Shown here piece after piece: positions 38,201 to 50,682 of a stretch of DNA of 64,000 nt. The first letter of the stretch is position 1. Every line of letters starts with the position of its first letter. A model generated the notes under the pieces. The model had not been told where the DNA came from. It ran no database searches and worked only from the letters and a program-made list of their open reading frames with translations. The position numbers and the translations under genes are program-made. The stretch is from Felis catus (lineage: Eukaryota): assembly GCF_018350175.1 (NCBI RefSeq), contig NC_058368.1, positions 182,654,001-182,718,000 on the forward strand, written 5' to 3'.

Positions 38201-40249
38201 ATATGGGGGATGGACCTTTCTGGGTTTGGTACTTAGAGCCTCTGAAAGTAATTCAGCATTGCATACAAAGAAAACATAAGTATGGACCTTGAATTCATAA
38301 CACAAGGGGCTGTAGGCATAAACTTATTTCCAGTCTCAGATGACTCTGATGCATGCCATGATGCCCGTTATAGCATAGCTTCAGATTGAATGGAACTGTA
38401 GGACGAACAGACCAACCTGGGATGGATGCCACTGTGAAGATAGCTTTTTGAATTGGCTCATAAATAGTGTGTATAAAGTAGAGGCAAAGGTTGGGAAAAG
38501 GGCATAGTGATTAAATGATCTTTAAGTGACCCTCAAGTACCAACATTGTAATTGTAAAAATTTCATTACATTAACTTGTTCATTGGCTAAATGACTGTCA
38601 GCATGATATTGAAGTTGTAATTTACTGGGTAGATGGTAGCGTAACATCACACTAGCACTTCTTAGTGACGAATAATATTCTAAAACTCTCAAGTGAATAA
38701 ATGTTTCTTGATCAAATAAGTTTAGACAATGCTTTTTTTTATTTATCAAGTCTTTGGAAAGTCAAAATATTCTACAGCTTATAAAGCCTTTGAGATGTCT
38801 TATAGCAAGGAAGTATTATTAATGCTTTGATTATCCAGTTTATATCCTCAGTACACCTATTTTCATCTTCGGAAACAACATACCTTTGACCTCAGTTTAG
38901 AAAGTAGTACTCTAGAGATTATTCTTCTTTAGGGCAGGAGACTATTTCTCACGTATTGCTTTATAATTCACACATAACTTGGTGTAGGGGGTGAATATAA
39001 GAAGGCTGAATGGATGAATGTTGAAAAAGTTAATAAATTATATTCTGTTTTCCTAGAAACAAGAACACATATAAAACATTTTGGAGGCTAAAAAAGAAAA
39101 ATAAATACATATATGAACAGTATTAATATTAATAACAATAATATTAATTATTCATGTTTATTATTATAAATATTTCTTAATGGTAGACTTGTATCAGGAG
39201 ACCTCAGGCCATTTTTCTAAGCCTGTGACTAGCTTACTTTGGCTGAAAGGAAAACATTTCCATCCTAAGTAGGAGACAAAGTCTTCAACTGGAGAAGAAA
39301 ATCAATTTTAATAAAGGCAATCACTTTCATAAAATAATTTAGAGATAGCATAGTATGTCTGGATTTGATCGATAAGATGCATGCTCTAAAATATCTACTG
39401 ATTTATATAATTAGTGCTGAAAGAGGGATGTAGTGTTTATGACTCATATATAATATCTAGGCCCCCATGTTAAACAAAATTGTTTCCAGTTGGGCTAGAT
39501 TTCAACCAGAAGACCAGGAAAATTATACTGTGATTACCTATTTTTTCCAGTCTTTTACACGTTTAAAAAACAAGTAAGTTGATAAATTCATGAGCAGCCA
39601 TAAAATAATTATGTAAACTCAGCAAAGTGTAGTATTTTAATATGCCTTAAAGAGGCTTGACAAATATGCAACAGGTAGTCTTTAATTTCAACCAAATGAC
39701 AAAGTTTATAATAGTTATAATAATGAGAGTAGCTTCTACTTATTAAGCATCTGACTAGTGCTAGACACCAATTTATTTACTGATGTTAGTAATTACTTAA
39801 TTTCACACAAGGAATGCTATATCTTTGTAGAAAGAAGATACTTGTGCCACAATGAGTTACCTTAGGTGAGAGCACAGAATATGACTCTTAAAAACCTATA
39901 CTATGACTATCTTCTTGAAACCACCTTATCTTCCAAACTGATAGCAGGTGTCTTCTCAACAACCTACTTGAAAACTTCCCATTTCAACGTACAGGGAAAT
40001 CGAGACTTTGAGGTCAGAAAAACCTGCATATGCATGAGATCTCTGCCACTTATTGGTCAGGTTAGTTTTCTGATTTTTAGAAAGACGTAGCATTTTTTGT
40101 GTGTCTGAAAAGCAATTAGCAAATGGTTCCTTTTCCTTTTCTTTCGTGGTTTCCTCCTTTGGAATTCAACTGTAGATAGCCATTTTATTTTTTTTTCCAC
40201 TTACTCAAGACAAATACCTAGGAATTTTGTGTGGCTTCTCTCCTCTCAA

Positions 40250-41000
40250 CCCCTTTTGAGACTTATCAACAAATTATGTTGCTGCTACTTTCAGAACATA
40301 TACACAATTTGAACACTTTACTGCCAGTGTTTCCATGTTTCCATCCTGGTCCAGTCTGCTATCATCAGTCCCTGGTTATTTTAATCGCCTGCTAAATGCT
40401 CACCTTTCCCCCATGCTGCTTCCACATGAATCCATGCAATATACTATTCTGAATATTACTTAAATATTACACGGTCTTATAGCCACTATAAAGCCTTTAG
40501 TTTTTATTCTGTGTAAAATGGAATGCCGTTGGATGTTTTTCAAGGGAGATGGGCCATCAAGAAACCACTTTTCTGTGCTTTGAACATGACGCATAGTCTG
40601 CTGCTTCAAGGCCTCATCACAGTCAGCCCTCTGCTCTCAGAATACTCTTCCTCTGAGTGCGCAGGTCTCCCTGCCTCAGCTCCTGCCTCCTTATTGAAAT
40701 GTCCCTTTCTCAGCGTGGCCTCCCTGGCCATCACATACAAGATTATATCCTCCCTCAGTCCCTTCAGGCAACTTCCATCCTTTCTCCTTTTCTCCACGGC
40801 ACTTATTGATGTCTATCACAGATATATATTGTGCTTCGTTACTTTCTTTCCTTTTTCTCTCTCCCCACTAGAAGGTAGACGTTATGAAAGCAGGGATATC
40901 TGTCTGTTTTGTTCACGGCTGTATCCACATCCACATCAACTACAAGAGGACCTAAAACCTAGTAAAGACTCTTGGTAAATATTTGCTTGAATGAAATGGA
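40250..41000 (+). mobile_element. L2 3' region containing an internal inversion
   Basis: L2 body ending in TAAATATTTGCTTGAATGAA; segment 40471-40552 is in the opposite orientation. Confidence 0.8.
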
Positions 41001-41975
41001 TAAATTGACCTGACACAAAATACCGGTCACTAAACTTATTTAGATAAGAATTCCTCCAGAACCTAAATTTTATTCTTTTATTCTTCTTTCTTGAAAAAAA
41101 AAATGAATACAATATCCAGCCTTAAGAGTGCTTCATTTATCTTTTACAGGTAGGGGATTATTATATACTTGCCAGATGCCAAATTCAGGTGCCACACTAT
41201 TAATCATATGGCAGCTTAAAAACCCCATGGCTCTTAGTCTATGCCCCCATATAACAGAGAACTGAAGAAGAGAAAATATTAATAAACCTCACAAAGTTGA
41301 ACTGTATGGCATTAATTGAATGGCTTTAATTTAGAGTAATAAATTATTAGAAATAACTGCCAGAATTTGCAAGCTACAAAGTGCAGAGCAATGACAGGAC
41401 TTTGAACTAGAAAATGTTTAAATCTCCCTTAGAAGAGATTGAACAGGGCTTAGTTGGTACTGTAGAAATTAATTTGTAAAAAAACAAAGCACACACACAA
41501 AACCCCTCTCACATATATGCAAGCAATTGTGTGCCATGCATACACATGGTCACAGGTTATTCTATGCATGTCCATTGTACTACTTTATATATACATACGT
41601 GTGTGTGTGTATACATATAATTAAAACATTAAAGATTATAAACATTATAAATAACAAATAAAATTGATTAAGATTTGTAAGAATTTCATAGGAAACATTT
41701 TTAAATAAAAATCCCAATGCAAATAAATACCTGCAAACAGTCCTTCAAGTTTCCAATATCCAATGAAACAGGGCCCAGTTTTATGGCTAAATGCAAGACC
41801 TTCCTATCAAAAAAAATTACATTTTAAAGAAATTTTTGTTTAACTTCAATCCAAAAGGACTGAGGCAATAGGTTGACACCATAGCACGATGGGAATTAGG
41901 CTGGACCCCCAACATAACTTGCTGAATAAGGGTCATGGGCCATGAAAGAGAGTGCTGAGATACAATGGAAGCTTT

Positions 41976-42219
41976 TCTTTTTTTCATTTTAATTTTTTAA
42001 ATGTTTGTTTATTTTTGAGAGACAACCCCCCCCCCCACACACACACACAGAGCATGAGAGGGGGAGGGTCAGAGAGAGAGGGAGACACAGAATCTGCAGC
42101 AGGCTCCTGGCTCTTTGCTGTCAGCACAGAGCCCGATGTGGGGCTCAAACTCACAAACCATGAGATCACGACCTGAGCCGAAGTCAGATGCTTAACCAAC
42201 TGAGCCACTGAGGTTCCCC
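41976..42219 (-). mobile_element. Can-SINE
   Basis: Antisense head and body; C-run and (CA)n in the microsatellite region; no clear TSD. Confidence 0.93.
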
Positions 42220-43796
42220 TACTGTTGGTATCTTAGTTGACAATTTAAGAATACTCCTTATCTTGGAGAAGATGACACAATTCACTTATAAACTCAAAAC
42301 AGTGTAGTCTAATGGTTATAAAGAGTGAGAGATTCCTAGGACCGGATTTCTGGTCCTAGTACTTGTGCCAAGCTGCTTTCCCACCTTTCCAAAACTATAG
42401 ACGGATGATATGAATGAAGCAGTTTTGGAACTTTCCTTCAAAATGGAGGACTAATGTGAAATCATTCCCAACACTCTCAACCTCTCTAAGCACATGTCAG
42501 ACAATATTTAAAAAAATAAAATGTATTGCCATGCTTGAAAACAATCATTGGTATTATCCAGAATTTAAGAACAAATTAGAAAGTCACAGATTAAAGCAAT
42601 CACAACTATGCAAAACTCCGACTCTCAAGTCCCAAAGAAAAAACTTCCACTCCTGAAGTTACTTATCTTGGACTTAAGAAGGAAATATTAATTATCTTTA
42701 TACCAAGTTTACAATATAAAGACAGTTGTTTTCTCTAAACCAATTGCTACCCCTACCCCTCTTTTTTCAATTCTCTAACAAACAGCTTCCATTCTTTTCA
42801 CTGTCCCTCCTGAAAGATGGTTTGTCAGCTTTGTGTCTATCTCTGCTCTATGCCAACTGTCAGTGCTGTTTCTCAAGTATGTGACCCCGTCGGCATGCCA
42901 GGTTTCCAAGTGGGGTATGAACACTTCAGAGTGAAGCAGGGCCAGACTAACTCCTTTCTTGCTCCAGAAACCATAGTTTAATTAATAAAAAGAAATCCTG
43001 TATTTGATGTTTAGTTATGCAGATTTGTTAACTCTTGCTAATTGAGTTTTTAATTAAAACCTGTTTTTTCACATGATATTATTTACAACACACCCGATCG
43101 AAAGTAATGTTTCACAGGTAAAAAACACACCCACACTCACGCGTACATATAATGACTTTGGTGACAGAAAGATCTATTCTTGAATTCCTTCTCTACTTAC
43201 TAGCTCTGTGACCCTGATGAGTTATTTAACTTTTTAAAAGACTTATCCGTTTTTTTCAATAGATAATGATTGATTGCAAAGCTTAAAACACTTCATTTAG
43301 TGAAAATATCTAATGATATGTGAGCACAAACATTTTGTTTATTTTGAACAGCTAACTTTTATAATTTTTCTGACCCAAGTTAAAAACTTATTTTAATTAA
43401 GATAAAATATGCTAGAATATGTTTACTGTTTTAAATTGTGTGACAGCCAACCTGGTGTTTGTTATCTCCTCATAATCATCTATATAGAGATATACACTTT
43501 TTTCTTTTTTTTTTTTTTTGTAAACAGCCATGTAAACACTTACCTGTTTCATTAAAAAAAAAAAAAGTTGCCAAGTGGCTTAGAGATTTATAGCATTCCA
43601 TTAAAGACTGCTCTATGATTATGATCATTGAAGTATCAGTAATCCATTTCATCCCTGTGTCAAACTACTACCCAAACTTGGTGCCTTTTGGGAATATGCA
43701 AAAATATTTTTTTGTTTGTTTTGTTTATTAATAGAATGTAAATTAGGGAAAACTAAAATTAAAAATTGGGTCTGAAGAAAATAACTAGATTTTTTT

Positions 43797-44009
43797 TTAA
43801 TTTTTTTTAACGTTTATTTATTTTTGAGACAGAGAGAAACAGCATGAATGGCGGGAAGGTCAGAGAGATAGGGAGACACAGAATCTGAAACAGGATCCAG
43901 GCTCTGAGCTGTCAGCACAAAGCCCGACACGGGGCTCAAACTCACGGACCGCGAGATCATGACCTGAGCTGAAGTCGATGCTTAACCGACTGAGCCACCC
44001 AGGTGCCCC
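43797..44009 (-). mobile_element. Can-SINE with TSD
   Basis: TSD TAACTAGATTTTTTT at 43782-43796 and 44010-44024. Confidence 0.96.
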
Positions 44010-44222
44010 TAACTAGATTTTTTTAAATCTCTGATCTTCCACGTGTTTTTGCCCCCAGAACATCAAACAAATGCTTAAGATTTAATTTCCTATCCTGTAA
44101 AATGGGAATAATAATATCTCTACCTCATAGTTTTGGTAAGGACTAAAAGAGAAGATACATGAAAAGTACTTAGCACAGTGTCAGGCACATATGAAGCACC
44201 CCAAATTAACTACTGTAATTCT

Positions 44223-44453
44223 TTTTTTTTTTTTAATTTTTTTTCAACGTTTTTTATTTATTTTTGGGACAGAAAGAGACAGAGCATGAACGGGGGAGGG
44301 GCAGAGAGAGAGGGAGACACAGAATCGGAAACAGGCTCCAGGCTCTGAGCCATCATCAGCCCAGAGCCTGACGCGGGGCTCGAACTCACAGACCGCGAGA
44401 TCGTGACCTGGCTGAAGTCGGATGCTTAACCGACTGCGCCACCCAGGCGCCCC
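44223..44453 (-). mobile_element. Young felid Can-SINE with TSD, at the 3' end of a MIR
   Basis: Perfect TSD AACTACTGTAATTCT at 44208-44222 and 44454-44468. Confidence 0.97.
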
Positions 44454-44800
44454 AACTACTGTAATTCTAACAGTTCTTTTTAATTCCACCAATTTTTCCA
44501 GTATCATTTGTTTTATTTAATCATATAATTTTTGAAGTTATCAAAATAAAAGTGTGCTAGTTCTCATATATACAACATGAAAAACTATCATTGAGGAGCC
44601 ATTGGCAAACTGATATGGCAATGTTCTACGTGGAAAAGACACTCGTAATTTGTGCTTTATTTTTTTTTTTCCTGATTAAATATGTGATTCTCATGCTGTC
44701 ACAGAACCAATAGAACCACAGTTTATATTTTTAAAATATAGATTTGTGTTCATCCCACTTCCCAACTCAAATATTATTGAGAAGGGAAGTGTCATTTCTT

Positions 44801-45013
44801 TTTTTATTAAAAAAAATTTTTTTAATGTTTACTTACTTTTGAGAGAAAGAGAGAGAAAATGGGGGAGGGACAAAGAGAGAGAAGGACAGAGGATCCAAAG
44901 CTGGCTCTGCGCAGACAGCACAGAGCTCCAAGTGGAGCTTGAATTCATGAACCATGAGATCATGACCTGAGCCAAAACTGGACACATAAAAGACTCAGCC
45001 ACCCAAATGCCCC
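44801..45013 (-). mobile_element. Can-SINE (older) with TSD
   Basis: TSD AAGTGTCATTTCTT at 44787-44800 and 45017-45030. Confidence 0.93.
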
Positions 45014-46569
45014 GGCAAGTGTCATTTCTTGTGAATTTATCCCTCACTCCTCTGGTGATACACAAAGATACCTACAAAATCAGAACACTTTACTTTTTGA
45101 ATACTACTGTGCCTCCAAAGGAGGTTTTACTCCTTCAATTATAGTAAGTGTTAGAGGCAAGAGGACTCTACAGAAAATTCCTTGTTGAAGAGACAAGATG
45201 CAAATTGTTTCTCATTTCAGGCAAATTGTTCTAGAGCCAATAGTCATCAAAGGAGCCGGTTCTTACTTGGGTCCTTATAGGAAGTGTTTGTAAGAAGGTG
45301 ATGTGTGGGCAAAATTTAGGATTAACTTTAGCTGGGAAAAGAATCCATAGAATTGCATTTAGAATCTTAGCAATCTCATAAACTTGAACTGTGGATTTTA
45401 GAACATTCTTTATAGCTCATGCTGAATACAAATAATAAAATGATCTCCAAATAAGAAAAGATATCACCTACTTACAAAGAGAAATGAAAACTGTTTTCAG
45501 CTGTCATAAAATTCTTGTCAGATATGCAGGCTATAATTAACCTGATATATGTATATAAGAATTGTTATAAAAGGTGTGATTGCACTGTGGATGAGTTATG
45601 TTGTTTAGCTAGTCATGAAAACATCAAAATCACATTTATAATTTCACATATATTATTTGGACCTCCATGATTTATTACCTAGTATTTACAAAATTTACAC
45701 CTAAGAGTCAACCAAAAAATGTTATTTTCCTGTTTCGTAAAAATCCATCTCTTTAATATATAAAAGCTCTATGGCACCTGAAGAGAAAAAGGGAATGAAA
45801 ACAAGAGAACAAACATAGGCTTTCTTTCAGGACAGAATGGTTCCATAAGCTAAATTTTATAGCAAGGAAAACAAAAGAGCCTCCTGATACAGTTCTTCAT
45901 CATTAATCTCTGTCTCCTTGCTAGTGCATAATCTATATGAACAGGGATGGGTCTGGGGGATTTGTGGCAAGTATTAGGTTGAATTTCTCAAGGAAATAAC
46001 TTTTCGGCTTATGTGTATGACTTAATCTCTTTAATAGAATAATTCCCTTTTTATTAATTCTTATAACTATTTTATGAACTTCAGTGGCAAAATAATTAAT
46101 TATTTTTTTTTCCATACCCATAAATGGGATGGCAAAGAAATTCATAATAAAAAAAGAAAGAATTTCATCTGGGCTTACCTGACATAGACAAATTCTCCAA
46201 TCAATTCTCTGCTCAGAAGGTAATGTGGTTCTTTTACAACATAAATGAAACGATGTCCTGTGTTTCAAACCTTTCACTGACTGCCAATTGAATAATATTC
46301 AAACATACACAGAGCTTAGAAGTCCCTGCCTGATCTTTCTCCTGAATTCTGCCTTAATCGCATCTTACTCCACTTTCCCTATAACTTATTGGTCTTCTTT
46401 GATTCTTGGAACACATCAAAGCTTTACTTTTTTGTTTTTTTCATCTTCTCAAATCCTGCTTCCTCTGTCAGATCCTGTTTCCTCATTACTTGCCTGCCTC
46501 ATTCTCTATCTTCATGTTTCAGATTAAATATAACTTTCTCAGAAATACTTCTCTGATGGAGCGAATATT

Positions 46570-46945
46570 ATCAGTCCTCAACAATTTCTGGACTTCCATT
46601 CCTTCTGACTCACCTGGGAGATACTTCCCAGTTCTCTGAAGTTAAACACAACCATATGACAAGTACTGGCCAATGACATGTGAACAAATGACAAATGTCA
46701 CTTCTAGGCTGGGTCAGTGAAAACCTATTACATGATTCTTTCAGACTTTCTTCCTTTTTAACAGTGAACTTGTTGAAACAGTGGAGCCAGAGGACCTAGG
46801 GATCACTGAAGTACCACAAGGACAGATGCCCTAGGGAGTTGGCTGGACGACAGCTGGTTTTATGTGAACAAAAAACAAACTTCTATTGTGTTAGGACACT
46901 GAGATTGGGGGTTTTATCCATGTTATTGTAATGGAAGCCTAACAA
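46570..46945 (+). mobile_element. Old MLT1 LTR nested in an L2
   Basis: ACTGGCCAATGACATGTGA...AAACTTCTATTGTGTTAGGACACTGAGATT. Confidence 0.7.
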
Positions 46946-47058
46946 CACCACTCAAATTAGGTCTGCCATATTATTTTCTTTACTAGCACTTGCCGTGATT
47001 TCATTAAAATTAAATGTGCATCAATTTCTTTATTCATTGTCTATTTCTACCTGTAAAC

Positions 47059-47267
47059 CAGGGGTTAGCAAATACTTTTGGCAAAGGGACAGACAGAAAA
47101 TATTTTAGGCTTTGCAGCACCCAGGTCTCTGTGGGAACTACTGAAGTCTCCCTTTCCAGGGCAAAAGCTGTCATGGCAATATTTTAAATAGTTATTGTGG
47201 CTGTGGTCCAAAACTAGGTAATGGGCTACACAGATTTAATCTGTGGCCTACAGTTTTCCAACCACTT
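47059..47267. mobile_element. MER58A-like hAT-Charlie MITE
   Basis: CAGGGGTTAGCAAA start, AATATTTTAGGCTTTGC core; 8-bp flanks CTGTAAAC and CTCTAGAC. Confidence 0.8.
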
Positions 47268-49061
47268 CTCTAGACTATTAAATCCACAGATGTAAGATGC
47301 ATTTTTCATTTATGATGATATACCTTTCATTAAGAGAGTTCTTGGTACATGGTAATAAAATTTTTCTTAAAAAAAATAAATGAGTGAGGTATGCTAAGAT
47401 CAGTCAGCACAAAAGTGGGTGTTGGTTAAGTTTCTCTACTGCAGGCTGATAAACTATTTAGAATATCACCAAATTCCAGATTATACCCCCCCCATACTAT
47501 GGGTGAGTCTTAGCATTATGTCTAGATGCATCTTTATATAAACTTTTTATTACCCTATTTCTTCTATTTCTATAGAAGAGAGATGAATAAATGCATGAAC
47601 TGTATAGGATGAAAAAGAATAGTATACAATACCCTGAATCCTAGAATACATTCATTCCAGACTATTTTTTAATATAGATTGAAGCACATGCAATGAGAAG
47701 GTGCAAACCTAGTATGCACTTAAATAGTTCATTATCTCCACTCACCCAACTATGTCTTTCTTCTTGAAAACTATTGAAATTTTCCTCAACCATGCCATTG
47801 AGATCGCATTAACTATGCCTAATTTGCCAAATAATTAAGTGAACATGTATTATGTGCAAGGCATTCTGACAAACTCAGAATGTAGGACTTCCTTCAATCC
47901 TTACATTAACACCATAGAAATATTGCTTTTACTGTTTATATTCTAGAATAAGGAAATAGAGAGTTATGAAAGGATTATTGTAGTGACCAATACCTAGTGA
48001 CACCAAGATTTGAAATCTAATTTTGAATGATTCCAAAATGATTATTGTGTCACAGTATTTCATTTAAATTGTTGATTAAATAAATAGTGGTGATGATACT
48101 GATAAGTTGAGAAATGCTTTTCTTAAGGAAGAAAATATCCTAGTTTTCTTGAGGCTAAGGTGGGTACTTGAAAGACTCTAGGCAGACTGACCAACTACTA
48201 AATGTTTTCTGGTTTGATACACTAATGACAACTCCAGCAAATCAAACTGGCTGTTCACATCTAATTTGGCACCAATAAAATGTAAGCATAAGTAACTAGG
48301 AAGTTGCTAAAAATTTAACTACTGTTCTCCATTATGCAAGTAATGAGTGAATAAAATAAACAGAAACATGAAAGAACAAATTTCAGTATTATAATTTGCT
48401 AATGGAAATGTATATTGTCATCATTCCAACATGATATTTATTAACTTAGGGTGTCTGCATAAAAGAAAGAAATTTATTAGAAGATTAACATTTTTCTTAA
48501 CATTCAGTTTGTATTTTGACAAATATTTGTGAGAATAGATTTGAAGACTAAGTTGATTTCTAATGAAAAATTTTCTAGCCATCCAGCTTCTGCACCATTT
48601 TTTTGGAAATAAAAGGTCATGAACATTTTCTAGATATTATTCATTCTGAATAAATCTATTATAATTACTAATAATAGGCAATAGTTTCTTTCAAAATTAT
48701 ATGCCATTCTTAATCTTTTCCCATTTTAAAGGGTTTGAAAGTTCATACTATTGGGATTGTGTAAAAAAAAAGACATTAAGAATATTCAAATCTCTTAAGT
48801 TTTCGTTTATAGAAACTGCTCAACACTATGTCCCACTTGCTTAAAATAAAACGTTTTTCCAAGTAGGGAAGATTCAGGCCCTTGTTAGGTAAATCTTTCA
48901 ATTAAGTGGTTCTTCAGTGTTTTATTTCTGGTTTTAGTGCAAATAAAATGTTGTAAGCTATATATTTTTAAAATTTTTGTTCACTGACGGGGGAAAAATA
49001 CCTTAACTGATTACCCAGGATTGATTGTCTTATACATATACATATATATGTACATGTGAGT

Positions 49062-49063
<2 letters not shown>

Positions 49064-49094
<31 letters not shown>
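49064..49094. repeat. (CA)n microsatellite
   Basis: Read directly. Confidence 0.95.
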
Positions 49095-49099
<5 letters not shown>

Positions 49100-50334
49100 T
49101 CATCAAAGAGGAGAAATCTAACCTGTAATAAATATTTAAAGAAAAATGTTTTGTGACACTGTGGAAATAAGAATGTATACAACCATTCCAATTCTTGAGC
49201 TGGAAGGACCTCACGATCATCTTTCTCATTTGATAGGTGAAACTCAGATTCAGAGAAGAGAAATGGCAGCTTCACTATTTAAAAATGAGATAAAGCGATC
49301 AAACAAAACCGGGTTGAAATCTAGGCTGTATTGCTACCTGGCAAGTTGCCTAAAGTTCTCTACTTTTTTCTATTAAAAGGGCTAGTGAGTCTCACATATA
49401 AGCTATTTTTAGGGTTGAATATTAGGGTTATATATTCATGGTGTCATGTTGAAATAAGGTTTAGAAAGAATACCCAGAACCCTGCCTAGAATCTAGCAGG
49501 CACTCAGGAAATAACTATAATTTTTATTATATTATCACCAACATCATAAATATCTTGCTCTAGGTATACAGCTAATCACTGAAATAGAAATGAATAGAAA
49601 GCTGTTTCCCAATTTCTAATTTAGTGCTCTTTCTGATATACCTTATAGGAGTTTGATCTTTTGTTGAGTGATAGGCAGAAACATAGCTTATGGGAGGAGA
49701 TGAAGTCAGTCAGCCCATAAAGGAGAAGTAGTACTGAAAAAGAAGACTGATGGCATAATCCAGCAGGTGGAAAGGAATGGGGTGGGCAGAGGTAACAGAA
49801 TTAAATGCTCAGGTATTTAAAAAGTATGCTGTATGGCAAGTTTTTCTGACTAATTAGAAAGTTGCTAACTGTAGAAAAGAAAAATAAATACAAAAGTTTT
49901 GTAAGTTGCAACTTGCAATTCAGGAATATTTGGATCTATTGCAGAACAGACAACAAAGAAGCATCATTACAGGTTTTTAATTAATGGAGTAACATGGTGA
50001 AATCTCTCTAAAATTAGTCTTTTGGTGAGTAATAATACAGTTAGAACATGGTATGAGGGGACAGTGGAAACTACTGTCAGACCCTTGTAAAAAGGGGTTA
50101 TAAAGACACGCAAAAACAATATTGCTTTACTTTTAGGTATTTGTAGCACAGTGATGATTATGGAGAGAAATAGGAATAGTTCTTTTTTTTTTCGTCCCAT
50201 GAGACAGTGTACTGAGTTTTTTTTGTTTTTGTTTTTGTTTTCCCTCAGAAGGGAAACTAGTCAGAACCCAAAATCAAATGCCCATGTTTCATATTTTTTT
50301 CTCAGTTTCATGAATGAAACCTCAAGTCTAAGAT

Positions 50335-50498
50335 GGATATAAAAACAGCTCCAAGTCTGGTTCAAAGAGAAACTAGGCTTCATGCTCTTTGAGAGCAATC
50401 CGCCCATGGAGGATTATTGGACATCTTGGTCGGGACTGAATTTGAACCAGGTTCCAAGGATGAAAGCCCACAGACTAATCTGCTGAGCTACCAAGCCC
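50335..50498 (-). mobile_element. Ancient tRNA-derived SINE (MamSINE1-like)
   Basis: Minus strand starts GGGCTTGGTAGCTCAGCAGATTAG (A box) then GGTTCAAATTC (B box); body unlike Can-SINE or MIR (CCATGGGCGGATTGCTCTCAAAGAGCATGAAGCC). Confidence 0.6.
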
Positions 50499-50649
50499 AC
50501 TGTCGTAGAGGTTTATAGAAATCCTATTAACTGAGAGATTGAAGGGAAAGAAGATAAGATAGCAAGGTGTTGGGAATCAAGCTTCAGTAGTTTTAACAGA
50601 AAAGGTACTTTCGAACCATACTATAGTATATAGATAGGAACTAAACGCT

Positions 50650-50651
50650 AC

Positions 50652-50682
<31 letters not shown>
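50650..50682. repeat. (CA)n microsatellite
   Basis: Read directly. Confidence 0.9.

Noticed and set aside
40523..40978. Longest ORF (151 aa)
   Set aside because: Lies within decayed L2 sequence and starts inside the inverted segment; Leu/Ser-rich chance ORF.
41952..42237. Inverted-repeat-like flanks around the SINE (CTGAGATAC / GTATCTTAG)
   Set aside because: Match is too short and imperfect to distinguish from chance.
45470..45545. Minus-strand candidate exon (LIIACISDKNFMTAENSFHFS, donor GTAAGT)
   Set aside because: Acceptor lacks a polypyrimidine tract and the peptide is unrecognised.
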